42,447 nucleotides of DNA, taken from the NCBI GenBank assembly GCA_947253305.1, contig CAMXYZ010000001.1, positions 1-42,447 of the forward strand, written 5' to 3'. The notes beneath the pieces were generated by a model. It saw nothing but the letters and a program-made list of their open reading frames with translations, was not told where the DNA came from and did not search any database. Made by a program: the position numbers and the translations under genes. Of this stretch, positions 28,535 to 39,111 are shown piece after piece. Every line of letters starts with the position of its first letter. Positions within the stretch are counted from its first letter, which is position 1. This DNA comes from an uncultured Helcococcus sp. (GTDB lineage Bacteria > Bacillota > Clostridia > Tissierellales > Peptoniphilaceae).

Positions 28535-28984
28535 ATGAAATTACATGATTTAAGACCGGCACCAGGTGGAGAAACTAAAAGAAAGAAAAGAGTAGGACGT
28601 GGACATGCTTCAGGATGGGGTAAAACATCAGGACGTGGTCACAAAGGACAATTAGCTAGATCCGGTGGAAAGACAAGACCAGGATTTGAAGGTGGTCAAA
28701 TGCCTCTATTCCAAAGATTACCAAAAAGAGGTTTCACCAATGTTTTTGCAAAGCAATTTGCAGTAGTTAATCTGGATCAATTAAATAGATTCGAAGATGG
28801 TACAGAAGTAACACCAGAATTATTATTTGAATCTGGATTAGTTAAAAAATCAAAAGCTAAAGATGGAATTAAGATTTTAGGTTCTGGAGAACTAGAAAAG
28901 AAATTAGTTGTTAAATCACATAAGTTCTCAAAATCTGCTCTAGAGAAAATTAATTCTTTAGGGGGAAGGGCAGAGGTGATCTAA
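28535..28984 (+). CDS. rplO: 50S ribosomal protein L15
   Basis: [20 protein letters not shown]; start reassigned to the ATG after AGGAGG. Confidence 0.97.
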   Translation: MKLHDLRPAPGGETKRKKRVGRGHASGWGKTSGRGHKGQLARSGGKTRPGFEGGQMPLFQRLPKRGFTNVFAKQFAVVNLDQLNRFEDGTEVTPELLFESGLVKKSKAKDGIKILGSGELEKKLVVKSHKFSKSALEKINSLGGRAEVI

Positions 28985-28985
28985 A

Positions 28986-30275
28986 ATGTTAAGAACATTT
29001 GCTAATGCTTGGAAAATTGAAGATTTAAGAAAAAAATTATTATATACATTAATGATCGTAGTAATATTTAGACTTGGTAATGCATTGCCATTACCATATG
29101 TAAAACCAGAAGTTGTTAAGGCTATCTATAATGGAGCAGCAGGAACAATTTTAGGTTTACTTAATCAGATTACTGGTGGTGGTTTAGCCAGTTTATCTGC
29201 ATTCGCTTTAGGGGTAGGACCTTATATTACATCATCAATTGTAGTTCAATTGTTAACTTATGCAATCCCTTCTTTAGAAGAATTATCTAAGCAAGGTGAT
29301 CAAGGAAGAAAGAAAATTCAAAAAATTACAAAGTACTTGGCATTTGTTTTAGCAATATTGCAAGCTTATGGTATCGTACAAGGTATATTCGGAAGCGCAA
29401 TTCAAATAGCTGAAGGTGATGGATTCTTACCTAAATTCATTGTAATAACAATATTAGTAGCAGGTTCACATTTTGTTGTGTGGCTTGGAGAATTAATTAC
29501 TGAAAAGGGAATTGGTAATGGTGTATCTATTATAATTTTCTTAGGTATTATTTCAAGATTACCAGAAACAGCTGTTGCATGGATAAAAGGAATAATCTCA
29601 GGTGCAGAAGGTTTCCTATGGTGGAAAGGTTTAATTATTGCATTAATCACTTTATTATCTGTAGTATTCGTAATATTACTAACAGAAGGTGAGAGAAGAA
29701 TTCCAGTACAATATGCGAAAAGAGTTGTTGGTAGAAAGATGTATGGTGGTTCATCAACACATATTCCAATTAAGGTTAATATGAGTGGTGTTATGCCAGT
29801 AATTTTTGCATCATCAATATTAGCATTACCACAAACTTTAGCATTGATAATACCATCAATGAGAGGTTTTGTAGAAAAATACATGACACCTACTTCAACA
29901 ATAGGAGTTTTAGTATTTATATTAATACAAACAGCATTAGTTATACTATTTGCTTATTTCTACAATTCTATACAATTCAACCCATATGAATATTCTAAAA
30001 ACTTACAACAAAATGGTGGATTTATTCCAGGTATTAGACCAGGAAAGCCTACCACAGATTACTTAGGTACAATAGTAAGTAGAATAACATTAATTGGTGC
30101 TATAGGATTAGGTATTATAGCAGCGGCTCCAAGACTATTCGGTCACTTCTTAGGTGCGAACTTAGTATTGGGTGGTACATCTATAATAATTGCTGTAGGT
30201 GTAATTGTTGAAACTACAAAACAATTAGAAGCAATGATGCAAATGAGACATTATAAAGGTTTCTTAAATAAATAA
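28986..30275 (+). CDS. secY: Preprotein translocase subunit SecY
   Basis: About 10 TM segments; ALGVGPYITSSIV, GIGNGVS, FIPGIRPG, GGTS. Confidence 0.98.
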   Translation: MLRTFANAWKIEDLRKKLLYTLMIVVIFRLGNALPLPYVKPEVVKAIYNGAAGTILGLLNQITGGGLASLSAFALGVGPYITSSIVVQLLTYAIPSLEELSKQGDQGRKKIQKITKYLAFVLAILQAYGIVQGIFGSAIQIAEGDGFLPKFIVITILVAGSHFVVWLGELITEKGIGNGVSIIIFLGIISRLPETAVAWIKGIISGAEGFLWWKGLIIALITLLSVVFVILLTEGERRIPVQYAKRVVGRKMYGGSSTHIPIKVNMSGVMPVIFASSILALPQTLALIIPSMRGFVEKYMTPTSTIGVLVFILIQTALVILFAYFYNSIQFNPYEYSKNLQQNGGFIPGIRPGKPTTDYLGTIVSRITLIGAIGLGIIAAAPRLFGHFLGANLVLGGTSIIIAVGVIVETTKQLEAMMQMRHYKGFLNK

Positions 30276-30289
30276 TAAGGGGCTAATAT

Positions 30290-30931
30290 ATGATATTGAT
30301 TTTATTAGGACCTCCGGGAGCAGGTAAGGGTTCTCAAGCAAGTAAACTTATTAAAGAATACGGAATTACTCATATTTCTACAGGTGATATTTTTAGAAGA
30401 AATGTCAAAGAACAAACAGAATTGGGTAAAAAAGTAAAAGAGATTATTGAATCAGGATCCTTAGTATCAGATGAATTAACAAATGAATTAGTTTTTGATA
30501 CACTTTCTAAGGAAAGCAATCCAAATGGATTTATGTTGGATGGTTATCCTAGAAATCTAAATCAAGCATGTGCTTTCGACAAATGGTTAGAAGATAATAA
30601 TAAAGAATTAGATGAAGTTGTATATATAGGAGCGTCAGTTGATACTCTAATTTCTAGAATATCTGGAAGAAGAGTATGTAAGAACTGTGGCGCAACATAT
30701 CATGTAACTAATCTACCACCAAAAGTAGAAGGTGTTTGTGACATCTGTGGTGGAGAACTATTACAAAGACCAGATGACAATGAAGAGACCGCAAGACAGA
30801 GAATTGAAATTTACGAAAATGAAACATCTCCTTTAATCGAATATTATAAAAAATCCGATAAGTTGAAAAAATACGATGGAAACAAAGATATTGAAGATGT
30901 TTTTGTAGAAATAAAGAAATCTCTAGAGTAG
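30290..30931 (+). CDS. adk: Adenylate kinase (Zn-lid type)
   Basis: GPPGAGKG, HISTGD, LDGYPR, CxxC...CxxC lid. Confidence 0.97.
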   Translation: MILILLGPPGAGKGSQASKLIKEYGITHISTGDIFRRNVKEQTELGKKVKEIIESGSLVSDELTNELVFDTLSKESNPNGFMLDGYPRNLNQACAFDKWLEDNNKELDEVVYIGASVDTLISRISGRRVCKNCGATYHVTNLPPKVEGVCDICGGELLQRPDDNEETARQRIEIYENETSPLIEYYKKSDKLKKYDGNKDIEDVFVEIKKSLE

Positions 30932-30936
30932 TTCAT

Positions 30937-31242
30937 ATGAGTTTTAAAAAAGACAATATATACAATTTTTCGGTAGGCCAATTTTGTATATCAAAGTCGG
31001 GAAGAGATAATGGTATGATTTATGTCATATACAAAATTATTGATCAAAATTATGTTCTACTTGTAAACGGAAAAGAAAAAACAATTACTAATCCAAAGAG
31101 GAAAAATGTAAAACATTTACAAAAAGTAAATGATGGAATAGTTAATTTTGAAAAAGACATAAATAGTGGCAATATAAACGATTTAGATATAAAAAGATTT
31201 ATTAAACTAAAGACATCAAAGGAGGCTAAGTTTGTCAAATAG
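30937..31242 (+). CDS. KOW-domain RNA-binding protein (eL14-like, YbzG-type)
   Basis: GQxxxSKSGRD...[10 protein letters not shown]; typical position upstream of infA. Confidence 0.8.
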   Translation: MSFKKDNIYNFSVGQFCISKSGRDNGMIYVIYKIIDQNYVLLVNGKEKTITNPKRKNVKHLQKVNDGIVNFEKDINSGNINDLDIKRFIKLKTSKEAKFVK

Positions 31243-31450
31243 TGATGTTATAGAAGTAACTGGTAAGGTAGTTAAAGCTTTACCGAATACAATATTTTTA
31301 GTGGAATTAGAAAACGGTCACGAAATAAGAGCTCATATCTCAGGAAAATTGAGAATGAACTATATTAAAATTCTACCAGGCGATGTGGTTACAGTTGAAA
31401 TGTCTCCATATGATTTAACAAAGGGTAGAATTACTTGGAGAAAGAAATAG
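31232..31450 (+). CDS. infA: Translation initiation factor IF-1
   Basis: [33 protein letters not shown] start. Confidence 0.97.
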   Translation: MSNSDVIEVTGKVVKALPNTIFLVELENGHEIRAHISGKLRMNYIKILPGDVVTVEMSPYDLTKGRITWRKK

Positions 31451-31458
31451 GAGGGTTT

Positions 31459-31572
31459 ATGAAAGTAAGACCATCAGTAAAAAAAATGTGTGAAAAATGT
31501 AAAATTATCAGAAGAAAAGGTAAAGTAATGGTAATTTGCGATAATCCAAAACACAAACAAAGACAAGGTTAA
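31459..31572 (+). CDS. rpmJ: 50S ribosomal protein L36 (absent from ORF track)
   Basis: Read directly from [49 protein letters not shown]. Confidence 0.98.
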   Translation: MKVRPSVKKMCEKCKIIRRKGKVMVICDNPKHKQRQG

Positions 31573-31584
31573 GGAGGCTAAACT

Positions 31585-31926
31585 TTGGCAAGAATATCAG
31601 GAGTTGATTTACCAAGAGAAAAAAGAGTTGAAATTGGTTTAACTTACATCTTTGGTATCGGTAGATCAAGATCAAATGAAATATTATCAAATGCTGGAGT
31701 AAATCCTGACACAAGAGTTAAGGATCTTACAGAAAGCGAATTATCAGCAATAAGACAAGAAATTGATAAGTACACTTTAGAAGGTGACTTAAGAAGAGAT
31801 ATCAGCATGAATCTTAAGAGATTACGTGAAATCAACTCATACAGAGGTAAGAGACATAGAGCTAATTTACCAGTAAGAGGACAAAACACTAAGAATAATG
31901 CTAGAACTCGTAAAGGTAGAAAGTAA
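31585..31926 (+). CDS. rpsM: 30S ribosomal protein S13 (short C-terminal tail)
   Basis: [36 protein letters not shown] start. Confidence 0.97.
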   Translation: MARISGVDLPREKRVEIGLTYIFGIGRSRSNEILSNAGVNPDTRVKDLTESELSAIRQEIDKYTLEGDLRRDISMNLKRLREINSYRGKRHRANLPVRGQNTKNNARTRKGRK

Positions 31927-31938
31927 AGGAGGTAAGAT

Positions 31939-32349
31939 TTGGCAAAAGCAAAGACAAATACACGTGGTAAACAAGCACGTATTAGAAGAAGAGATAGAAA
32001 ACAAATCGAACAAGGCCAAGCTTATATTAACTCAACATTTAACAATACAATGGTTATGTTGACTGACATGAATGGTAATGCTATCTCATGGTCATCAGCA
32101 GGTCAATTAGGATTTAAAGGTTCAAGAAAATCTACTCCTTTCGCAGCGCAACAAGCAGCAGAAGAAGCAGCTAAAAAGGCTATGGAACACGGATTAAAAA
32201 CAGTTGAAGTTTACGTTAAAGGTCCAGGTTCAGGTAGAGAGTCTGCAATCAGAGCTTTAGAAACAGAAGGCTTACAAATCGTAAGAATTAAGGATGTTAC
32301 ACCAATACCACATAATGGATGTAGACCACCTAAGAAGAGAAGAGTATAG
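31939..32349 (+). CDS. rpsK: 30S ribosomal protein S11
   Basis: [35 protein letters not shown] start. Confidence 0.98.
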   Translation: MAKAKTNTRGKQARIRRRDRKQIEQGQAYINSTFNNTMVMLTDMNGNAISWSSAGQLGFKGSRKSTPFAAQQAAEEAAKKAMEHGLKTVEVYVKGPGSGRESAIRALETEGLQIVRIKDVTPIPHNGCRPPKKRRV

Positions 32350-32363
32350 GGAGGATATATAAT

Positions 32364-32951
32364 ATGGCAAAATATAACGGACCAGTACTTAAAAGAGCAA
32401 AATCTCTAGGTGTATCACCACAAGTATTAGGTATCAATAAAAAATCAAGAAGAAATCCTAGTTCAAATAGAGGTAAATTAAGTGAGTATGGTTTACAATT
32501 ACAAGAAAAACAAAAAGCTAAATTTATCTACGGCGTTTTAGAAAAGCAATTTAGAAAAATCTATAAAAAAGCTGATAAAATGTCAGGAATTACAGGTGAG
32601 AACTTATTACAATTATTAGAATTAAGATTTGACAATGTAGTTTATAGAATGGGATTTGCTAAAACAAGAAATGAAGCAAAGCAATTAATTTCTCATGGAC
32701 ATTTCCTAATTAATGGAAAGAAAGTAGATATTCCTTCATATGTAGTATCAGAAGGTGATGTAATCTCAGTTAGAGAAAGATCAAGAAGAAATGGTATCTT
32801 CAAGAATACAGAAGACAAAGTTTGGAATCAAGCTAAATGGGTGAGCGTTGATACTGAAAAATTAGAAGGTAAAGTAGAAACTAGACCACAAAGAGAAGAT
32901 ATAGACTTTGAAATAAATGAACAATTAATAGTAGAGTTGTATTCAAGATAA
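32364..32951 (+). CDS. rpsD: 30S ribosomal protein S4 (cysteine-free)
   Basis: SEYGLQLQEKQK, TGENLL, LELRFDNVVYR, IVELYSR. Confidence 0.97.
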   Translation: MAKYNGPVLKRAKSLGVSPQVLGINKKSRRNPSSNRGKLSEYGLQLQEKQKAKFIYGVLEKQFRKIYKKADKMSGITGENLLQLLELRFDNVVYRMGFAKTRNEAKQLISHGHFLINGKKVDIPSYVVSEGDVISVRERSRRNGIFKNTEDKVWNQAKWVSVDTEKLEGKVETRPQREDIDFEINEQLIVELYSR

Positions 32952-32976
32952 TAGTTAAAGCACAGGAGGCTAATCC

Positions 32977-33939
32977 GTGATAGAAAATCTAAATACAAAA
33001 ATAGAAATTTTAGAAATAGATGAGAACAACAATCTTGGCCGTTTCGTAATTTCTCCATTAGAGAGGGGTTACGGAACAACTCTAGGAAATAGTATGAGAA
33101 GAGTTTTGCTATCCTCATTACCAGGTACTGCGATTTCAAGTATTAAATTTGATGAAGAAGTACTACATGAATTTACATCTGTAAAAGGCGTAATTGAAGA
33201 TGTTCCTGAAATGATATTAAATATTAAAGGAATTGCAATTAGAAGACACTCAGACAATAATGATCCAGTTAAATTAAGATTGGATGTTAAAGGGCCAAAA
33301 ATTGTTACAGCAGGTGATATAAGCGAAGATGTTGATATAGAAATTACAAATAAAGATCACTATATCGCAACAGTTAATGACGAAGGTGAAATACATATGG
33401 AATTAACTGCAATAGATGGAAGTGGTTATTCTGTAGCAGAACAGAATAAAATTGAAGATGCACCTATTGGATTAATAGCAATAGATTCATCATTTACACC
33501 AGTTAAAAAAGTGAACTTTATTATTGAAAAAACAAGAGTTGGACAAACAATAGATTATGATAAATTAATACTTGAAGTCACAACAAATGGAACTATATCA
33601 CCACAAGAAGCGGTTTCTGAAGGTGCGCAAATTCTTATGAATTATCTTAACTTCTTTACAGAACTACCAAATTTAAAACAAGAAGAGATTGTTGAAGAAA
33701 TTGAAGAAGAAGTTGATGAATCTGATGAATCATTAGATTTAACAATTGAAGAATTAGATTTAAGCTTAAGAGCATTTAATTGCTTAAAGAGAGCTGGTTT
33801 AGATACAGTTGGACAAATTATTGAAGTTCCAGTGTCTGAATTAACAAATATTAAGAATTTTGGTAGAAAATCATTTGCAGAAGTTAAAGAGAAAATTGAA
33901 AATTTAGGTTTAGAACTTAAAGACGATGAGGAAGAATAA
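32977..33939 (+). CDS. rpoA: RNA polymerase alpha subunit
   Basis: PLERGYGTTLGNSMRRVLLSS, LHEF, LSLRAFNCLKRAG, NFGRKS; GTG start. Confidence 0.98.
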   Translation: MIENLNTKIEILEIDENNNLGRFVISPLERGYGTTLGNSMRRVLLSSLPGTAISSIKFDEEVLHEFTSVKGVIEDVPEMILNIKGIAIRRHSDNNDPVKLRLDVKGPKIVTAGDISEDVDIEITNKDHYIATVNDEGEIHMELTAIDGSGYSVAEQNKIEDAPIGLIAIDSSFTPVKKVNFIIEKTRVGQTIDYDKLILEVTTNGTISPQEAVSEGAQILMNYLNFFTELPNLKQEEIVEEIEEEVDESDESLDLTIEELDLSLRAFNCLKRAGLDTVGQIIEVPVSELTNIKNFGRKSFAEVKEKIENLGLELKDDEEE

Positions 33940-33951
33940 TTAGGAGGCAGT

Positions 33952-34293
33952 ATGTCAAATTTAAGAAAATTAGGTAGAAGAACTGACCACCGTAATGCAA
34001 TGTTAAGAAACCTTACTCAATCAGTATTAGAAAATGGAAGAATTATAACATCTGTAACAAGAGCAAAAGAAGCTCAAAGATTAACAGATAAGATGATTAC
34101 ATTAGCTAAAAAAGGTGACTTACATTCAAGACGTCAAGCAGAAGCTTTTATCTATAAAGATGAAGTTGTAAAAAAATTATTTGACGAAATAGGACCAGAG
34201 TATAAGGATAGAAATGGTGGCTATACAAGAGTGTTAAAACTTGGGCCAAGACGTGGCGATGCTACAGAAATGGCAATTTTAGAATTAGTTTAA
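33952..34293 (+). CDS. rplQ: 50S ribosomal protein L17
   Basis: [26 protein letters not shown]. Confidence 0.98.
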   Translation: MSNLRKLGRRTDHRNAMLRNLTQSVLENGRIITSVTRAKEAQRLTDKMITLAKKGDLHSRRQAEAFIYKDEVVKKLFDEIGPEYKDRNGGYTRVLKLGPRRGDATEMAILELV

Positions 34294-34300
34294 TCTATTC

Positions 34301-34331
34301 AGGACAGCAAAACATGTTGTCCTTTTTTTTT
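34301..34331 (+). terminator. Intrinsic terminator of the ribosomal superoperon
   Basis: AGGACAGCA/TGTTGTCCT stem followed by a long T run. Confidence 0.9.
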
Positions 34332-34445
34332 ACAAATAATTATTATTAAAATATCAATAATGTGGTATAAATATTAAAATAAATATACATTTTTAATTGA
34401 TTATATATGGTATAATTATTCTATGTAATTATAAAGGGAGGAATT

Positions 34446-35855
34446 ATGACTAAATCCAAGAAAAAGCCTGTAATGATTATATTGAGTTTATTATTAATAA
34501 TTTATTTAGCAGGTTCAATATACTTTAATTACTATAGTTTTCCAAATACAGAAGTTAATGGAGAAGATAAGTCTTTTATGAAAAAAGAAGATATATTAAA
34601 TCCATCTTCAGAAAGCTATATTTTAAATATTAAAGGAAGAGATAATAAATATTTTGAATTAAAAAGCGAAGATATAAATTTAGAATTTTTAATTGTTGGA
34701 GAACCTAATTTTAATCAAAATAATTGGTTATGGCCAATTGAAGTTTTCAAAAAACATGAACAATCCTTTGATTTAAGAAGTGAATACAATAGTAATAAAT
34801 TAGTAGATTTAGTAGAAAAATCAGATTTATTTAATAATATCACAGAGCCTGTAGATGCGCATGTTGAAAAAACAGATGAAGGCTATGTAATCAAAGAAGA
34901 AGTGAAAGGTAATAAATTAGATGAAGAACAAGTATTAATTTCAATTAGTGAGGCTTTAGAAAAATCACAAAAAGAATTAATATTGAAAGACGAATATATC
35001 AATCCTAAATTATATGCAAATGATGAAAAACTAAAAGATAATGTAGATAAGATGAACCAAATCTTTAATAGCTCATATTTATTTGATTTTGTAGATAGAA
35101 AATGGGAGCTTAAAGGTGACGAATTATTAGCGATGTTTGATGAAAAAGACAATGAATATGTGTTAAATGAAGATAAATTATATAATTATATTAAAGATAT
35201 AGCTATAGAAACTGACACATACAATACACCACATCAATTTAATGCTACTGGAATTGGTGAAATAACAGTTCCAGGTGGAATATATGGATGGCAAATGAAT
35301 GTTTCTGATACTATGGAAAATGTATTAGAAATGATAAATGAAAAAAAAGATGGATCAGTAGAAATTGAATATAATCAAGAGGCTCTTCATAGAGAAATAG
35401 ATGATATAGGAAACACCTATATTGAAATAGATCTTTCAAGACAACATATGTGGTTCTACAAAGATGGAGAATTAGTAGTTGATACTCCTGTAGTAACAGG
35501 ACATGCGGTAAGACATGCTGCAACACCTACTGGTGTTAATAAAGTTTGGTCGAAAGAAGAAGGTAAGAGTTTAGTTGGGGAGAATGCATTAAGTGGAGTT
35601 CCTTATACTTATCCAGTAAAATATTGGATACCTGTTGGCTGGACAGGTTCAGGAATTCATGATTCGCATGATAGAGTTCAATTTGGTGGAGATATCTATA
35701 AATATGCTGGTTCAAGTTCATGCATTAATACACCAGAAGATGCAATGAGAAGAATATTTGAAAGTGTACCTATCAATACTGCTGTAGTAATATATGAATC
35801 AACTACAAACTATTCTCCAACAGAATTTGAAAAACAAGAAATGCAAAGAGATTAG
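34446..35855 (+). CDS. Membrane-anchored L,D-transpeptidase family protein (Ldtfm-like: PG_binding_4 + YkuD)
   Basis: N-terminal TM anchor, GGIYGW, TYIEIDLSRQH, VVTG, TPTG, YW, GIHD...SSSCIN. Confidence 0.88.
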   Translation: MTKSKKKPVMIILSLLLIIYLAGSIYFNYYSFPNTEVNGEDKSFMKKEDILNPSSESYILNIKGRDNKYFELKSEDINLEFLIVGEPNFNQNNWLWPIEVFKKHEQSFDLRSEYNSNKLVDLVEKSDLFNNITEPVDAHVEKTDEGYVIKEEVKGNKLDEEQVLISISEALEKSQKELILKDEYINPKLYANDEKLKDNVDKMNQIFNSSYLFDFVDRKWELKGDELLAMFDEKDNEYVLNEDKLYNYIKDIAIETDTYNTPHQFNATGIGEITVPGGIYGWQMNVSDTMENVLEMINEKKDGSVEIEYNQEALHREIDDIGNTYIEIDLSRQHMWFYKDGELVVDTPVVTGHAVRHAATPTGVNKVWSKEEGKSLVGENALSGVPYTYPVKYWIPVGWTGSGIHDSHDRVQFGGDIYKYAGSSSCINTPEDAMRRIFESVPINTAVVIYESTTNYSPTEFEKQEMQRD

Positions 35856-35875
35856 TAATAACGAGGCAAAGTTAA

Positions 35876-36685
35876 ATGATAAAATTGGAAAATGTATGTT
35901 TTAAATATGATACAAATTCAGAAGATTTAATATTAAAAAATATTAATCTAGAAATTAATAAAGGAGAATTCGTATCTATATTAGGACGAAATGGATCCGG
36001 GAAATCTACAATGGCAAAATTATTAAATGCACAGATTTTCCCAACAGAGGGTGATGTTTCAATATTTGGACAAAATACCAAGACCAGTGATATTTGGAAA
36101 ATTAGAGAACAAGTAGGCATGGTATTTCAAAATCCGGATAATCAGATAGTTGCGACAGTCGTTGAAGAAGATGTTGCCTTTGGTCCAGAAAACATGGGAA
36201 TACCAAATCCAGAATTGAGAAAGAGAGTGGACTCTTCTCTGAAAACGGTTGGTATGTTGAAGTATGCAAAGACAGCACCACATATGCTATCTGGTGGACA
36301 AAAACAGAGAGTAGCAATTGCAGGAGTGCTCGCAATGAATCCAGAGGTAGTTGTATTTGACGAACCTACCGCTATGCTTGACCCAAATGGAAGAAAAGAT
36401 GTAATTAATCATGCGATTAAATTAAATAAAGAACAAGATAAGACAGTAATTAATATAACTCATTATATGAACGAAGCTGTATTATCTGATAGAGTGATCG
36501 TTATGGAAAAGGGGCAAATAGTATTAGATGGAACACCGAGAGAAGTGTTTTCTCAAGTTGATAAGATTAAAAAATATGGATTGGATGTTCCTCAAGTTAG
36601 TGAATTAGCCTTTTTATTAAGAAGTGAAGGAATTAAGATAGATTCAGATGTATTAACAATTGAAGACTTGGTAAATGTATTATGA
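35876..36685 (+). CDS. ecfA1: ECF transporter ATPase EcfA1
   Basis: [29 protein letters not shown]. Confidence 0.93.
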   Translation: MIKLENVCFKYDTNSEDLILKNINLEINKGEFVSILGRNGSGKSTMAKLLNAQIFPTEGDVSIFGQNTKTSDIWKIREQVGMVFQNPDNQIVATVVEEDVAFGPENMGIPNPELRKRVDSSLKTVGMLKYAKTAPHMLSGGQKQRVAIAGVLAMNPEVVVFDEPTAMLDPNGRKDVINHAIKLNKEQDKTVINITHYMNEAVLSDRVIVMEKGQIVLDGTPREVFSQVDKIKKYGLDVPQVSELAFLLRSEGIKIDSDVLTIEDLVNVL

Positions 36686-37557
36686 GTATAATTTTAGAAA
36701 ATGTTAGTTATAGCTATGGGCAAAATGGAGGAGAACAAGGTTTTGCCCTAAAAAATATAAATTTACAAATAAATAAACAAGAATTTATTGGTGTAATAGG
36801 TCATACAGGTTCTGGTAAGTCAACATTGATGCAATTGTTCAATGGGCTTTTGTATGCAAGTAGTGGTGAGGTTACAGTTGACAATCAGAAAGTTTCTGAA
36901 GATACTAAAACTCAATTAAAAGCTATTAGACAAAAAGTTGGACTAGTATTTCAGTATCCAGAATATCAATTATTTGAAGAAACAATTGAAAAGGATATTG
37001 CATTCGGGCCTAAGAATTTAGGATTGGATGAAGAAGAAATTAAACGCAGAGTAAAAGAGTCTATGGAACTAGTAGGTCTAGATTATGAAAAATTCAAAGA
37101 TGAATCCCCTTTTGAATTATCAGGTGGTCAAAAAAGAAGAGTAGCGATTGCGTCCATATTAGCAATGAAGCCTTCATATTTAGTACTTGATGAGCCTACA
37201 GCAGGACTTGATCCTGTCGGAAGAGATGAAATTCTAAATGAGATTAAAAATATTTATAATAAATCTGATGAATTGACAGTAATAGTCGTTTCTCACTCTA
37301 TGGAAGATATTGCAAAGCTCGCAGAAAGAGTAATTGTACTTGATGGAGGAGAGATATTTGCTGATGATTTACCAGAAAACATATATAGTCGTGGCGAAGA
37401 ATTAGAAAAAATTGGACTTGATGTTCCTCAAATTACAAAAGTGACAGAAATTTTAAAGAAAAAAGGATATCATTTTGATAAGACTATAATTACTGTTGAG
37501 GAAGCGTATGAAGAGTTAATTAATCAATTAAAGAGCAAAGGAGATAATCATGAATAA
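36682..37557 (+). CDS. ecfA2: ECF transporter ATPase EcfA2
   Basis: [40 protein letters not shown]. Confidence 0.93.
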   Translation: MSIILENVSYSYGQNGGEQGFALKNINLQINKQEFIGVIGHTGSGKSTLMQLFNGLLYASSGEVTVDNQKVSEDTKTQLKAIRQKVGLVFQYPEYQLFEETIEKDIAFGPKNLGLDEEEIKRRVKESMELVGLDYEKFKDESPFELSGGQKRRVAIASILAMKPSYLVLDEPTAGLDPVGRDEILNEIKNIYNKSDELTVIVVSHSMEDIAKLAERVIVLDGGEIFADDLPENIYSRGEELEKIGLDVPQITKVTEILKKKGYHFDKTIITVEEAYEELINQLKSKGDNHE

Positions 37558-38347
37558 TATGACTTTGGGACAATATATCCCAGGAGACACTATAATTCAT
37601 AGACTAGATCCTAGAGTGAAAATTTCATTAGTGTTTCTTTATATGATTACATTGTTCTTTGTTGATAATATATATATGTTTATTCCTCTATTTTTATTTG
37701 TTTTACTAACATTAAAAGTAGCAAATTTAAGTTTTTTTAAGACATTAAAATCACTAAAATCTATTATATTTATATTGATATTTACTACATTGATACATAT
37801 ATTTTCAACCCCTGGAGATGTGCTTGTATCTTTTTGGAAGTTAAATATAACATATCAAGGTATCGATAGAGCGATTTTTATAGGAGTAAGATTGATATTA
37901 CTTGTTATAGGAACAACATTTTTAACTCTTACAACAAGTACAACTAAGCTGACAGATGGACTTGAATCTTTAATGAGTCCATTAAAGGTGATTAAATTCC
38001 CAGCTCATGAACTAGCTATGATGATATCAATAGCTTTAAGATTCATTCCTACACTGTTTGACGAAGCTAATAAGATTAGAAAATCCCAATTAGCGAGAGG
38101 AGCTGAATTTGATTCAGGAAATATATTTGCAAGAGCGAAGGCTATGATACCATTATTAGTTCCATTATTTATAAATTCATTTAGAAGAGCTTACGAATTA
38201 GCTATTGCAATGGAAGCAAGGGGATATAGAGGATCAGAAGGAAGAACTAGATTAAATCCTTTAATAATGGATAAAAAAGACTATATTATACTATTCTCAG
38301 TTATAGTATTTTTTGCGATTATTATTTCAACAAGATATATATTATGA
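37550..38347 (+). CDS. ecfT: ECF transporter transmembrane component
   Basis: LGQY, HRLDPRVK, IALRFIP, and two ARG motifs (QLARG, MEARGY). Confidence 0.93.
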   Translation: MNNMTLGQYIPGDTIIHRLDPRVKISLVFLYMITLFFVDNIYMFIPLFLFVLLTLKVANLSFFKTLKSLKSIIFILIFTTLIHIFSTPGDVLVSFWKLNITYQGIDRAIFIGVRLILLVIGTTFLTLTTSTTKLTDGLESLMSPLKVIKFPAHELAMMISIALRFIPTLFDEANKIRKSQLARGAEFDSGNIFARAKAMIPLLVPLFINSFRRAYELAIAMEARGYRGSEGRTRLNPLIMDKKDYIILFSVIVFFAIIISTRYIL

Positions 38348-39075
38348 AAAATATAAGATTAGATATTGCCTATGATGGAAGCGGATTTTACGGCTCACAA
38401 AGACAACCAAATCTAAGAACTGTTCAAGGCGAGATAGAGAAGGCTTTGTATAAGTTATTAAAAGAAGATATTACACTAGTATTTGCCGGTCGTACAGATC
38501 GAGGCGTACATGCTAGACATCAGGTAGTTAATTTTAAGACAGACAATCCATTTCCTGCAGTAAGCTATAAGCATTTACTAAGAAAATACTTACCAGATGA
38601 TATTTTGATTTTAGATTCAAAAGAAGTTGATGATAATTTTAATGCTAGATATGATGCGAAAATCAAGAAATATAGATATATTATAAAGAATACAAAGATA
38701 TTCTATCCTGATCATAATAATTATATGCTTCATATAAAATATAGACTTGATGTTGAAAAGATGAAAGAGGCAGCAAAATTATTAGAGGGAGAGCATGATT
38801 TTTCAGCATTTATGAAATTAGATGACGATTATAAGGATCCAGTCAGAAAAATTGATAGTATTGAAGTCTTTACTCATGATGATGATATATATATTGAGTT
38901 TGAAGCTAAGAGTTTTCTATATAATCAAATACGAATTATGGTAGGATTATTAATTGATATTGGAAGAGGATTTAGAGAAGTAAATTATGTAAATGAAATA
39001 TTCGAACAAAAGATTTTAAGAGCAGCAAAAAACTATGCTCCACAAGGATTATATTTGTTAGAAATTAAGTATTAA
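38344..39075 (+). CDS. truA: tRNA pseudouridine(38-40) synthase
   Basis: AYDGS, AGRTDRGVHA, GEHDFSAF, FLYNQIR, GLYL. Confidence 0.96.
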   Translation: MKNIRLDIAYDGSGFYGSQRQPNLRTVQGEIEKALYKLLKEDITLVFAGRTDRGVHARHQVVNFKTDNPFPAVSYKHLLRKYLPDDILILDSKEVDDNFNARYDAKIKKYRYIIKNTKIFYPDHNNYMLHIKYRLDVEKMKEAAKLLEGEHDFSAFMKLDDDYKDPVRKIDSIEVFTHDDDIYIEFEAKSFLYNQIRIMVGLLIDIGRGFREVNYVNEIFEQKILRAAKNYAPQGLYLLEIKY

Positions 39076-39078
39076 AAT

Positions 39079-39107
39079 TTGACTTTTATATCTAATTTTA
39101 GTATACT
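39079..39107 (+). promoter_or_regulatory. Sigma-A promoter of rplM-rpsI
   Basis: TTGACT-17bp-TATACT immediately after the truA stop. Confidence 0.8.
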
Positions 39108-39111
39108 TATT

